Counted from the first letter of the stretch, positions 50,871-61,483 are shown. The stretch: DNA of 64,000 nucleotides from Spirochaetia bacterium (GCA_965203905.1 CBDBDQ010000005.1:4704001-4768000); one strand, 5' to 3'. Program-made: numbers and translations. Notes: generated from the letters alone by a model not told the origin.

Positions 50871-52304
50871 TGAGGTGTGTTCGGGTCGGTTGGACAGTCC
50901 GCGGGGTAGTGTAGAGTGTATTCCGTTGGTTGTCAACCTACCCCTCCCTCTCTCAAACAGGTGGCGGTAATGGGGGGTGGGGGTCCGGGGACGGGGGTGT
51001 CCAACGCCTGTGGATATGTGAATAAGTCCCCGCTCCCGATGGCCTGACCACCACCTGCCCCGTGGGCTCGGAACTGGCCGCGGCACCCGTTTCTCCACCA
51101 CTACGCCACCTGCTCTCTGGGCAGCCCACCGGCGCGGTACACCTCGTCCGGCGTGCCTCCATCCAACGCCGAGTGGGGTCGCACTTCGTTGTAGAACTTG
51201 AACCACTGTGCAATCACTCGCTGCGCCTCGAAGCCGTCCTCCAGCTCGTGCAGGTACACCGCCTCGTACTTCAGCGAGCGCCACAGCCGTTCGATGAACA
51301 CGTTGTCCAGACAGCACCCGCGGCCATCCATCGAGCACCGTATCCCGCTCCCTTCCAGCATCCCGGTGAAGGCGACACTGGTGAACTGGCTGCCTTGATC
51401 GGTGTTGAAGATCTCCGGCACGCCGCACAGCCTTCCAGCGCCTCTGCCAACGCTTCCAGGCAGAAGCAGGTATCCAACGTGTTACTCAGCCGCCAAGCCA
51501 GCACCCGCCGGCTCGCCCAATCCATCACCGCCACTAGGTAGAAGTAGCCACCCTGCACCGGGATATAGGTGATGTCCGCGCTCCACACCTGATTCGAACG
51601 CTCGATCGTAACTCCTCTCAGCAGATACGGATACACGCGGTGCTCCGGGTTCGCCACGGTGAGCCGCGGCTTGCGGTAGATCGCCTCCAGCCCCAGCAGC
51701 CGCATCAGCCGCCGCACCCGGTGCCGACCTACCTTCACCCGCTCGCGCGCCAAGTGACGCATCATCTGACGGCTGCCGTAGAACGGGTATTTCCAGGTAC
51801 AACTCGTCGATCCGGCGCATCAACGCCAGGGTCTGCGCGCGCTCCCCGAGCGCTCGGTAGTACACCGTCGAGCGGCTCACAGCGAGCAGTTGGCATTGCC
51901 GGCTCACACGCAACCTCTGATGCTCGCGGTCAATCATCCTCACTCGCTCGGCCCGGCTCAGCTCCCGAGCCCGCGCGCTAAAAATCGCGCTCCACGGTCA
52001 ACTCGCCGATCTTGGCGTGCAGGTCGTGCACGATCTCCTCGTGGTCCTTCTGACTGCGCTTGGTGGCGCCGGCGAACACTTCCTCAAGACCCGCCTGCGC
52101 TTGCCGCTTCCACCCTGAGACCTGGTTCGGATGCACTTGATACTTGGCTGCGATCGCCTGGATCGTGCGCTCCCCGCGCAGCGCTTCGGTCGCTACCTTG
52201 GCTTTGAACTGCGCTGTGAATCGGCGTCGTTTCGCCATTCCGTTGGCCCTCCTCATGGCCTGGAATACACTTATCATCCTGCCCGACTTTTCGGGACCAC
52301 CTCA
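50871..52304 (-). mobile_element. IS3-family insertion sequence, transposase frameshifted
   Basis: Imperfect IRs tgaggtg(t)g...gacag and ctgccc...ggaccacctca; orfA RRRFTAQFKAKVA (51978-52237); orfB fragments WSADITYIP, FNTDQGSQF, DNVFIERLWRSLKYE, YN..RPHSAL in three frames. Confidence 0.93.
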
Positions 52305-52406
52305 CTGATCCTCGTGAACCGTGGCGAGCCATCATGTTCGGTATGGACGCAAGACAGTTCGCAATTCCTCGTTGGTTTCAGTTATGTTCACGGATTGGAT
52401 AAAACG

Positions 52407-52670
52407 ATGAATGAAAAACCTAACCACGACACGATTGTTCCAACGGGATTTACCGTTGGGAGCGATGGCTCGGTGACGACTCTTACTTTCGAGACTGGTG
52501 ATAAACCGATAATGCTTCGATTTCCGCATCCAGGTTGGGAAGCACAGAAGGTAGAACTTTGTTTAGTCGCTTACGAGCTTCTGGCGAAATCGGACCCGAG
52601 TGACGCCGGACTCGTGCAACGGTTGGCGATTGATCTTCGCGACGTGATTCAGGACGTACAGACAATGTAA
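52407..52670 (+). CDS. Hypothetical protein
   Basis: 87-aa ATG ORF in low-GC island. Confidence 0.45.
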   Translation: MNEKPNHDTIVPTGFTVGSDGSVTTLTFETGDKPIMLRFPHPGWEAQKVELCLVAYELLAKSDPSDAGLVQRLAIDLRDVIQDVQTM

Positions 52671-52964
52671 GACCTCCACAGTCCCCCTCGTAGGGGTTGG
52701 GATTGATCGCAAAGTATTCCGCCACAAGGCGGGAAGGAGGGAACGTTCCATAATCATAGCAGCACTGATTGTGCTGGTCGCTACGGCGGGACTCGCCGTG
52801 AAAGAGACATAAACAAACCTCCCACGTCCCCGCCCCGGGGAAGGGAGGTTGGAATTGACAGTTTCGAAAAACAATGATTGAGCCTCTAAAGGAGGGAGTA
52901 TATGTCACGAGTGACGCTCTTGTTCTTGTTCGTTTGTACCTTGGCCTCACCTTAAGATACAACC

Positions 52965-53423
52965 GTGGTCGAACCTGGGATGTTAGTGTACTTATTCAGG
53001 TTCTCCAATAGTGCTGACGCGGTCGAAGAAATCCTCAACCATACTCTTGTTGTTGGCACCGATACATCGGCCATGACTGCCGATCGCAGCAGCGCAGTAG
53101 CGAATACAACGACAGTGACACACATCACTTACGATTCTACATCCGACGTCTATTTCATTCTTGACGAAGATGGGAATGTTACAAACGTCGAAGAGGTGCC
53201 ACACGGCGAGAAACCGAAATTCGGAGATAAATTTAAGAAAGTTGCGGAAAAGGGTTTGTTTCTTTTTGAAGCGGCCGGTGATGTGGTCGAATTTCTCTCT
53301 TTCGCTTTATGCAGACATGGTGTGACACACGATCTCGATGTGTATTTCGCACCGCCAATACCTGTGGGTGTGGGAACGACGGCTACCCTAAAGGTCGAAC
53401 GTCAATGCGATGACGGGCCATAG
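52965..53423 (+). CDS. Hypothetical protein
   Basis: 152-aa ORF with protein-like composition; true start uncertain. Confidence 0.45.
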   Translation: MVEPGMLVYLFRFSNSADAVEEILNHTLVVGTDTSAMTADRSSAVANTTTVTHITYDSTSDVYFILDEDGNVTNVEEVPHGEKPKFGDKFKKVAEKGLFLFEAAGDVVEFLSFALCRHGVTHDLDVYFAPPIPVGVGTTATLKVERQCDDGP

Positions 53424-53485
53424 TTGGCCGGAATGGTTGACCGGTTGGGAATGTACATGCTATATTCCCAACTGGAGGATAGGTA

Positions 53486-53779
53486 ATGAGCAGCGATATA
53501 CACTTCGACAACTACACCGATCATCAGACGTCGATGGCTTTCGTGCTGACGACGACGGTTCTGATCGCAAATGCCGATGACACCGAATTGGTGCAAAAGG
53601 TTCGTGACAAACTCGCTAATCTTGGTTCAAAACACACCGGAGGAAATGATGACTTCGCGGCAGCCCTTCAGTTGTCCAGGGAAATCATCGATTATACTGA
53701 AGGAATAGTGTTACCAGGACAGGCTTTCGACGTGACGTTAGGGTTTTCTTTTCCTCCGCCGCCAAAAAAGACAAAATAA
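53486..53779 (+). CDS. Hypothetical protein
   Basis: GGAGG..AGG RBS, ATG, 97 aa. Confidence 0.55.
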   Translation: MSSDIHFDNYTDHQTSMAFVLTTTVLIANADDTELVQKVRDKLANLGSKHTGGNDDFAAALQLSREIIDYTEGIVLPGQAFDVTLGFSFPPPPKKTK

Positions 53780-53997
53780 CCGAATCTAAGATACCCGCAG
53801 ACACGGCTTTTGTAGCGTGTGCTCAGACGGCGGCAAACCGGCTGCGCGATAAACCTGGAATGGCGCAAGCTCTGGAAGTGCTTGCTCAACACATGCGGGA
53901 CAGGGCGTTGGCGTTTGTTCCAAATATGATCGAGGGAGAGCAAGCAAAATTGTTTGTCTTAATTGGGTCAATCCGGGAAGACTTAACACCTCCCACT

Positions 53998-54226
53998 GAG
54001 TCGGGTTAGTCAAGTATATTGTCACCCTTCCGTCAATAATGCACGCGCTAACTCAGTTGCCACTGAAGAGCGTCACGATCTCGTATCCCAGATTCACAAA
54101 TACATCGACCGTCAAGTTCAGGGAAACCACGAGAACACGGTCCTGTACAAGGGCGCGGCAGAGGCGCTACTGAGTCTTCTGGATTCTCCGTCAGAGTCGG
54201 TTGGTTAGTCAAGTATATTGTTACCC
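53998..54226 (+). repeat. Pair of about 30-bp direct repeats
   Basis: gagtcgg(ttg)gttagtcaagtatattgtYaccc at 53998-54027 and 54194-54226. Confidence 0.8.
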
Positions 54227-54227
54227 C

Positions 54228-54774
54228 ATCCTGCATCGCCACCGCGCCCATTATCTGCTTTCGGTCAAGGGCAACGCTTCCGAGACCTTCGCAGCGTTGC
54301 GCACCATCGACTGGGATCAGACCGCCGCGGCGAGTTTCCGCGAGCAACCAAGCAAGGTCCATAGCCGCATCGAGCAGTGCCACATCCAGACCATGGAACC
54401 CGAGTCCGGCATGCTCAGCTACCCGCTTGTCAAGCAGGTGTTTCGCATCATCCGCCACCGCCACACAATCAAGACCGGCATCGATCCCAACGAAGTGGCC
54501 TACGGCATCACTTCGTGGTGCCCGAGAGTGCGGATGTGGCGCGGCTGCTAGCGCTCAATCGCGGACACTGGACCGTCGAGAACCTGAACCACCGCTTCCG
54601 CGATACCACCTTCGCCGAAGATGCCTCTCGATGCACACCCGCCACGGTCCGTCCAACAACGCCATCCTCAACAACTTGGCGCTCGCGGTGATCTTCCATC
54701 GCGGCCGCAAGCCCGTCGCCGTTGCGGTGCAGGAATCTGCGATGGACCGCAGCCAAGCTACGCGCGCTCACTGA
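54228..54774 (+). pseudogene. ISAs1-family transposase remnant
   Basis: HYLLSVKGN, HSRIE, AYGITS, RGHWTVENLNHRFRDTTFAED, across frameshifts; 5' half missing. Confidence 0.88.
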
Positions 54775-55162
54775 ACCCAGTCTGATCGTTCAGTGCAACG
54801 CCCTCTGATCCGAACCCTGCGTGTGCCGGAAACCACCGGCCAGCGATCCCACCGCTACGGTTCCCGACCGTTGCCCACCGTCACCGCCCTACCACCCGGT
54901 AGTCGCAGCGCTCCAACTGCCACCAGTACGCATTCGACTTCGTCCCCCGCACGCCGACTCTGCGCCACTGACCGAATCGTCCCTCTGCATCTCCCCTGCA
55001 TCGCCCTTCTTCGCTTCAGGTTCTCAAGCGTGACATGCCCCTGGGCGGAACGTGGCGGAACGCGCGACGGGTTGAACGGGTTGACAGCCGTGCTGTGAAA
55101 TGCGAAAGTAATTGCAACAATGAGTATGTCCCGTATAACTTAGGCCCAGGGCAGCGGTTCCC

Positions 55163-55399
55163 GTGCCCAATCATTTCGCTCCTAACCGAACGACAGCTTC
55201 GGCTCGTGATTCTCTTCCTGCAATCTTGAGGACGCCATCGGTGTTGGCTCTGATAGGACTCTCTCGCACGACGTTGTGGCGACGCGTACGTGCCGGCCAC
55301 TTCCCAGCGCCAGTCAGGCTCGGGGGCGAGGGATCCCGAGCCGTCGGCTGGCGACGTGAGGATGTCGAACGATGGTTGGATGCGTTGCCGAATGCGTAA
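55163..55399 (+). CDS. alpA: AlpA family regulator (second copy)
   Basis: ILRTPSVLALIGLSRTTLWRRV..GHFPAPVRL...AVGWRREDV. Confidence 0.88.
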   Translation: MPNHFAPNRTTASARDSLPAILRTPSVLALIGLSRTTLWRRVRAGHFPAPVRLGGEGSRAVGWRREDVERWLDALPNA

Positions 55400-55638
55400 G
55401 CCGTTACATGAGTCTTCCACAGAGTCCATCGACGGTGGGACGCCGCCTCTCTACAGCGCAGCCCGAACGCCGTTGTTCAGCGCCGGGCGGCTCAGCGGCA
55501 CGATCACGGGTTGGACAGTAACCGGCGGAACGAAGCATATACATGCCCCCATCACTCTGAAAACATCCCTGCGCACGGCCCAACGGACGGCCCGCGGACG
55601 CGACGGGTCAGAGTCGGTCGAGACGCCGGCACCAGCGC

Positions 55639-56444
55639 TCAGATCGCGCGCGAGCGCCAGGTATCGAGGAACTCGCGCAGGCGCGCTCTCCGCGGTCGCT
55701 TGAAGATGTCGTCCGGGGGACCGCGCTCGATGACCTCGCCGCCATCCATGAACACCACCTCGTCGGCCACGTGGGCGGCGAATCCCATCTCGCGGGTGAC
55801 CACGACCATGGTCATGCCGTCGCTCGCGAGTTCCTGCATCACCTGCAGCACTTCGCCCAACAGTTCCGGATCCAGCGCCGACGTGGGCTCGTCGAAGTAC
55901 ATCACGTGCGAACGCATCGCCAGCGCCCGCGCGATGGCGGTGCGCTGCTGCTGGCCGCCGGAGAGCTGCGCCGGTTATTGTGGGCCTTGTCGTCCACCCC
56001 TACCTTGCCCAGCATCTCCATGCCGATCTGCTCCGCGGCCCGCTTGCCGAGTTTTTTGACCACCCGCAACGCCTCGGTCACGTTTCCAAGCGCGGTCTTG
56101 TGCGGCCACAGGCTGTAGTGCTGGAACACCATGCCGATGACGCTGCGCACCGAGTCGACGTTGCGGTCGCTGTCGGGCACCCGCCTGCCGTCGACCTCGC
56201 GGTAGCCGAGCAGCCGGCCCTCGATGACCACCCGACCATCGTCATACCGGTCGAGGAACGCCATGCACCGCAGCAGGGTGCTCTTGCCGGAGCCGGACGG
56301 GCCGATTACGCAGACCACGCGCGAGGAATCGACGGCGAGGTCGATGCCGCGCAGGACGTGAACCGCGCCGAATCGCGTGTGCAGGCCCTCTACCAGGACT
56401 ACGGGCTCTTGTTCCATTGCCACTCCCGCCGTATCGCCGCTCAT
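55639..56444 (-). pseudogene. Polar amino-acid ABC ATPase (GlnQ-like), frameshifted
   Basis: [22 protein letters not shown] and [11 protein letters not shown] in different frames. Confidence 0.88.
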
Positions 56445-57098
56445 GCTACTCTGCTGAACCGGCGCTCCAGGAGGCCGCCGGAGAACGCGATGCCCTCGAT
56501 GACCAGCCAGTAGAGCAGGGCGACGGCGACGTAGGGCTCGATCACGGCGAAGGTCTCATTCACCATCTGCGTGGTGTTCTTGGTCAACTCGGCGACCGTG
56601 ATGATCGACAGGAGTGCCGACTCCTTGACCAGGATGATCACCTGGTTGGTCGATGGCGGGATGATCAGCGTCAGCATCTGCGGGATCTGGATGCGGGCAA
56701 CGATCAGCCGACGTGGGATGCCCGAGCATACGCGCGGCTTCGACCTGTCCGGACGGGATCGACAGGAAGCCGGCCCGGAAGATCTCCGCGAAGTAGCCGC
56801 CGCCATAGACGCCGAGGCCGATGACTCCGACCGGTTCGGCGTCCATGGTCAGCCCGATCGCCGGGCCGCCGTAGTACAGGATGAACAGCAGCCCCAGGAT
56901 CGGCGTGCCGCGCATGACCTCAATGTACGCCCGGCACAGAAGCTGGACGGGGCGCAGCGGCAGGCTGTAGAGGAGCGCTGCCGCGAGCCCGGCGGCCACG
57001 GCCAGAAGCGAAGCGAGGGCGCAGATGCTTACCGTCGTCCACAGTCCCGCCAGCAGTAGCGGACCGTAGCGGAGTACGATGTCGATGTCGAACGACAC
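56441..57098 (-). pseudogene. Polar amino-acid ABC permease, frameshifted near 56720
   Basis: YIEVMRGTP, AEIFRAG..SIPSGQVEAA, then KESALLS in another frame. Confidence 0.85.
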
Positions 57099-57517
57099 GC
57101 TCTTGCCCAGGACCGGCTAGCGCGGCGTGGCGCCGGCGTGGCGGCGCTCAAAGTAGGCCCCGGCGCGGGCCAATGCACTGGTAAACGAGCGGCTGATCAT
57201 CTGCGAGCGGCAGCGGCTGTAGGAGAAGCAGGACGGTGCCGGAGCCCTGGCTGTGGGCTGGCCGGTAGCGCTTCCTGATCGGCGCGAGATCGAAGCGGAG
57301 CTGTCGGTTCGGATAGGCTTCGCCAGGGATCCTCGTTGGCGTCGTGTGAGCACCATTGGCATTTGGACGGGGCGGACTCCCGGAACGATTCGGCCGCGGT
57401 CAGGACGAACACGGGCTGCGGCAGCCGCCGCTGTAGGAGATCACGATGGTGAGGATGTTGCCGGTCACCGCGCGGCGGCATTCAGGGCGAACGGATCGGT
57501 CTGCCGATCGGCAGTGG

Positions 57518-57548
57518 GGCCTAAGGCTGGCCTAAGGCGGCCTAAGGC
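57518..57548. repeat. Triple GGCCTAAGGC tandem repeat
   Basis: Three copies at 57518, 57529 and 57539. Confidence 0.8.
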
Positions 57549-57753
57549 CTATCCCGAGCCCTTGGTGCAACTCGCCGCAGCGGATCGAGTCAGGATGGCC
57601 GACGGCGCCGCGGCAGTCGGGTCGCGATGCAGGCCGCCACCACGAGCAGCGCAAGGAAGCAGAAGAACGGCCCAGGGCCGCGCTTCCCGTTCGATTTATC
57701 ACTGACAGCAAACAAACGGGTCCTCCGCCGTCACGACGGCAATCCTACCTGCG

Positions 57754-57783
57754 TTGACTGATCTGGCAATACCTCCCCACAAT
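57754..57783 (+). promoter_or_regulatory. Putative sigma70 promoter
   Basis: TTGACT-N18-CACAAT about 10 nt upstream of the structured leader. Confidence 0.5.
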
Positions 57784-57793
57784 CCTTCCAACC

Positions 57794-57940
57794 GAGAAAG
57801 GGACTTGCGGCTGGGCTTCATGCCGGGTCGCTGGTCAATACAACAGCTCCATGTGGGGCAGGGAGTAGCTACCCGGTCCCGGAGCGAATAGCCAGAAACC
57901 CAAGGATACCTGTGTGCCCACGCATGCGAGTCCCTTTCTC
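57794..57940 (+). ncRNA. Candidate structured RNA (c4/c4-2 antisense-like leader)
   Basis: 15-bp closing stem gagaaagggacttgc/gcgagtccctttctc; inner ccgggt/acccgg stem with an AATACAA bulge and a gctcc/ggggc hairpin. Confidence 0.55.
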
Positions 57941-57991
57941 AAACGGCCCGGCACCTTCCGGGGTGCGGGCGACTACGAGGAAGGAGCCACC

Positions 57992-58114
57992 ATGCTCTAC
58001 CGTCATCCCGTCGCAGAGCCCTTCGTGATCATCACCGTGCCGTGCGGGTCACAGCACCGGCACGTGCGGTGCGCGCGCCGTCGCCTCCGCTGCCGTAGCA
58101 ACGGCGGCCGGTAA
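57992..58114 (+). CDS. 40-aa leader ORF
   Basis: AAGGAG RBS; stop overlaps the ankyrin gene start (TAATG). Confidence 0.55.
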   Translation: MLYRHPVAEPFVIITVPCGSQHRHVRCARRRLRCRSNGGR

Positions 58115-59634
58115 TGCCCGGTCGAGTTATAGCCGCGGCTGCCATGGCGGCAACCCTGACGCTGTTAGGCTGCGAGATGCCGCCAGGTCCACCGGGTCCA
58201 GCCGGTGAGAGGGGCCTACAGGGTGAGAGGGGCCCACAGGGTGAGCGCGGGCCACAGGGTGAGACTGGAGTTCCCGGACCCGAGGGCCCGGTCGGGCCGA
58301 CCGGACCACAGGGCGTGCCTGGAGACGACGGGGTACCTGGGCCGTCTCGAACGCTACCCAGTATTGAAAGTTGCAGGTACCCCTTCTGGTGGGGTGAGAT
58401 CGACTACATAGACGCCGAGTCATGTATCGATCAAGGGGTAGACCTGAATGACCACCGCGGCCATTGGCCTTTTTTGCACAACGCTGCTGCCAGACAAGAT
58501 GACCATCGGATTATCGGTCTCATGGTTGATCGCGGTGGTGCCAATATTGAAGCCGAGGACTCCAACGGTGAGAGGGCGGTCTATGCAGCAACACGAAACG
58601 ACAATCAAATGGCCATAGAGATGCTCATCATCTTGGGCGCTGATCTCGGCGTCCGGTACGGATATCAAAAAAGATCAGTTCTTCATCAGGCCGCCAGAAT
58701 CAGCAACTATGGTGTGATAAAAGCCCTTTTGGATGCAGGGATGAACGTAAATATAAAGAGTGGAATCGGACAAACTCCGCTGCAGGAAGCCGCGAGCCAA
58801 AACACATCTTCCGTAGTCAGGATGCTCATCGAGGAAGGAGCAAACGTAAACGTTACACAAGGTGGAGGATCGCCCCTATATCTCGCGGCCTACGACAATG
58901 AGGCAGATGTAGTAGAAACTCTAATTCGACATGGGGCTCACATCAACCCACCTGGGCTGACCCCACTACACGCTGCTGCTATAGGAAATCCCAGGCCTGA
59001 AGTGGTTTGGATGTTGTTGCACCACGGTGCTGATCCTAATTCTAGAACCCGGGACCAAGGCGAAACGCCTTTATACTGGGCTGCCAGAGGAGATAATTAT
59101 AGCGCCACCATAGCACTACTGAACGCCGGCGCTGACCCTCTGATAACTGACAACTTGGGATTCACCCCCCTGCACGCGGCAGCGACACTAGGGGACGGCG
59201 TGGCAGTCGCATTGGCTCTCATGTCGATAGGTGACGTGGCCGTAGACCATAGGACGATTACTCAGGTTACTCCGTTACATCTGGCAGCCCAGGCCAATAC
59301 GAACGTCATAATGTTGAAGTGTCTATTGCGCCAGGGAGCCGATATTGAGGCTCGAGATGTATGGCAACTGACTCCCCTACACCGAGCTGCACGTTGGAAC
59401 AATAACGCCGATGTTATCAGCGTTCTCTTAGATTCCGGTGCGAACATAAGAGCAGAAGACAAGAACGGTATGACCCCCTGGGACTTGGCGCAGAACAACG
59501 ACGCCATCAAGGGAACCGAAGCTTACTGGCGCCTAAGGCCCGATAGCAGCAGCTCGAGCTGGTGGATTGGCCAAGCTGTCCTTGATGCGAAGGCTGCGGT
59601 CCTGGCCGTACCAAGCATAGGAGTGTCTCGATGA
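58114..59634 (+). CDS. Lipoprotein with collagen triple-helix repeat and ankyrin repeats
   Basis: Lipobox LLGC; 18 consecutive Gly-X-Y triplets; about 11 TPLH-type ankyrin repeats. Confidence 0.93.
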   Translation: MPGRVIAAAAMAATLTLLGCEMPPGPPGPAGERGLQGERGPQGERGPQGETGVPGPEGPVGPTGPQGVPGDDGVPGPSRTLPSIESCRYPFWWGEIDYIDAESCIDQGVDLNDHRGHWPFLHNAAARQDDHRIIGLMVDRGGANIEAEDSNGERAVYAATRNDNQMAIEMLIILGADLGVRYGYQKRSVLHQAARISNYGVIKALLDAGMNVNIKSGIGQTPLQEAASQNTSSVVRMLIEEGANVNVTQGGGSPLYLAAYDNEADVVETLIRHGAHINPPGLTPLHAAAIGNPRPEVVWMLLHHGADPNSRTRDQGETPLYWAARGDNYSATIALLNAGADPLITDNLGFTPLHAAATLGDGVAVALALMSIGDVAVDHRTITQVTPLHLAAQANTNVIMLKCLLRQGADIEARDVWQLTPLHRAARWNNNADVISVLLDSGANIRAEDKNGMTPWDLAQNNDAIKGTEAYWRLRPDSSSSSWWIGQAVLDAKAAVLAVPSIGVSR

Positions 59635-60578
59635 ACTTGAACCTAAACGGCGCCGGTAATAGACATGAGCGTTGCCGGAGAGTTCCGCAAGCCGCGCATT
59701 GTATCGTGGCGGTGGTGTTCGGAAGTCTCTGGTTTATGGTCGCCGGGCGCGCTGTCTCGTTGCCCGATTGTCTGCCGGACTGTGCCGGTGCCGACCTGGC
59801 CGGCATTGATCTGAGCGTGTCCACCTTGACCGGCGCGAACTTGGAAGGGGCGGACTTACACCAATCCAACATGTTCGGCGTCAGGCTGACCGGCGCGAAC
59901 CTACGCAACGCCAAGCTGTACGGCGCCGACTTGGGCGAGGCAGACCTGAGCGGTGCTGACTTGAGCCGTGCCATCCTTTGGGCTGCCCATATGTCGGCTG
60001 CCGACCTAAGCGGTGCACAACTGTTCGGCGCCAACTTGGTAAGCACCAATCTGGTAGGCGCTAACCTGAGCGACGCTGACCTCAGTGGTGTGCAACTAGT
60101 GGGTGCCAGCTTGGCAAGAGCGGACCTGCGCCACGCTCGGCTGGCCCGAGCGGACCTGACTGGCGCGTTCCTGACGTACGCCAACTTGACTGGCGCTCTG
60201 CTGGTTAATGCGAGTCTGATCCATGCCAATCTGAGCAACGCCAACTTGGAGAGTGCCAGCATGATGGACGCGGATCTGAGTCATGCCCGCCTGCGCCACG
60301 CGGATCTGAGCGGCGCGGTATTGACCGGCGCCAACCTGGAAGGCGCGGACCTGCGCCATGCTGTCCTGCGCCACGCTGTCCTGCTCGGTGTTGACCTGAG
60401 CGGCGCGGACTTGAGCGCCGCTGACCTGCGTCAAGCTAGACTGGGGACCGCGAACCTATCCGGCGCCGACCTGACTGCTGCTGACTTGAGCGGAACCAAC
60501 CTGGAGGGCGTGATCTTGGCCGATGTGCAGGGTTGCGATACGGCAACGCAGCCGAGCCCTGTACTGCCCGGTTGCTGA
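59631..60578 (+). CDS. Pentapeptide repeat protein, probably exported
   Basis: Long A(D/N)LxG repeat tract flanked by Cys pairs; hydrophobic N-terminal segment; ATGA overlap. Confidence 0.92.
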   Translation: MNLNLNGAGNRHERCRRVPQAAHCIVAVVFGSLWFMVAGRAVSLPDCLPDCAGADLAGIDLSVSTLTGANLEGADLHQSNMFGVRLTGANLRNAKLYGADLGEADLSGADLSRAILWAAHMSAADLSGAQLFGANLVSTNLVGANLSDADLSGVQLVGASLARADLRHARLARADLTGAFLTYANLTGALLVNASLIHANLSNANLESASMMDADLSHARLRHADLSGAVLTGANLEGADLRHAVLRHAVLLGVDLSGADLSAADLRQARLGTANLSGADLTAADLSGTNLEGVILADVQGCDTATQPSPVLPGC

Positions 60579-60852
60579 GGGCCGGCCGCGCGCCGCGTGA
60601 AACGGTGCCACACCTCTGCTCTCGCCCGTTTTGCGTGCCGTGAACATGAGTTGGAACGAGACGGGGTAGGCCGGTTGTGCTAGCTATATAGAGGCCTGTG
60701 ATCAGGGCCGACGAGATCAGGACCGCCAGGCGTCCGCGGTGGACCTTCCGGCTGAAAGCCGATGTGGCCCGAGCTGAAGCGCGCTGCGGGTGAGAGCCTC
60801 CCAGGCCGCGGCCGCCACGTCGGGATGGCACGCGGTCGACGCGCTCGCTCAC

Positions 60853-61296
60853 TCACCCGTCGCCGTCCTCCACGAGATAGTCGTCCAGGGTGACGGACTC
60901 GCAGAGGATCAGCTTCTTGTCGAGCGCTATGCGGGCTTTGTGCAGGCGGCGCACATCGGCGTTGTTGCCGGCCGCTACTATCTTCGACACTCGTTGATGG
61001 GTGACCCCGAACCGATACGCGATCTCTTTCAGGGAAAGGCCCTGCGCGTACAACTGGTGCATACGCATCTTCCGGATGTTCGGTTGGCGAGCGGCGGCAC
61101 GCGGCACATCGCCCGCTGACACCGGCCCGGCCGCGGTTGACACCGCCTGCAGGTGATTCAAGCGATGGCGGTGAACCGCTGCGTAGCTCACCCCGTTGCG
61201 CCGTCCCACCTCCCGCAGCGACATCCCTGCCGCCAGATCAGCCTCAACTCGTTGCTTGATTACCGGGTCTCTGCAGATCGAACAGGATCGCGCCAC
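60853..61296 (-). CDS. Phage-like double-HTH protein
   Basis: CSIC...GMSLREVGRRNGVSYAAVHRH..NHL and GLSLKEIAYRFGVTHQRVSKI. Confidence 0.75.
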   Translation of the reverse strand: MARSCSICRDPVIKQRVEADLAAGMSLREVGRRNGVSYAAVHRHRLNHLQAVSTAAGPVSAGDVPRAAARQPNIRKMRMHQLYAQGLSLKEIAYRFGVTHQRVSKIVAAGNNADVRRLHKARIALDKKLILCESVTLDDYLVEDGDG

Positions 61297-61483
61297 TTAT
61301 ACACCACCACCATGTTACGACACTGCTCCGGTTCCACTCAATGGCCTGGACTTTCTGGTAGTGTCTCAGTTTGAACTGAGACACTGCCGACTTTCTGTTA
61401 CGATTCACAACGCGAGGCACCTGCTACGAAAATCACAACGGTTCAACGGTTCGGTGCCTGTATCAAGAGCAAAATCGTATGTG

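Noticed and set aside
50865-52310. Target-site duplication around IS3
   Set aside because: The flanks (gccac and ctgat) do not match.
53998-54226. Possible CRISPR array or integron attC sites
   Set aside because: Only two repeats with a spacer of about 165 bp; no cas or intI genes; no proper RYYYAAC/GTTRRRY pairs.
57855-57880. GGGAGTAGC resembling the yybP-ykoY manganese riboswitch
   Set aside because: The GTCAAT-like element lies upstream rather than downstream, and the downstream genes are unrelated to Mn; a c4-like fold fits better.
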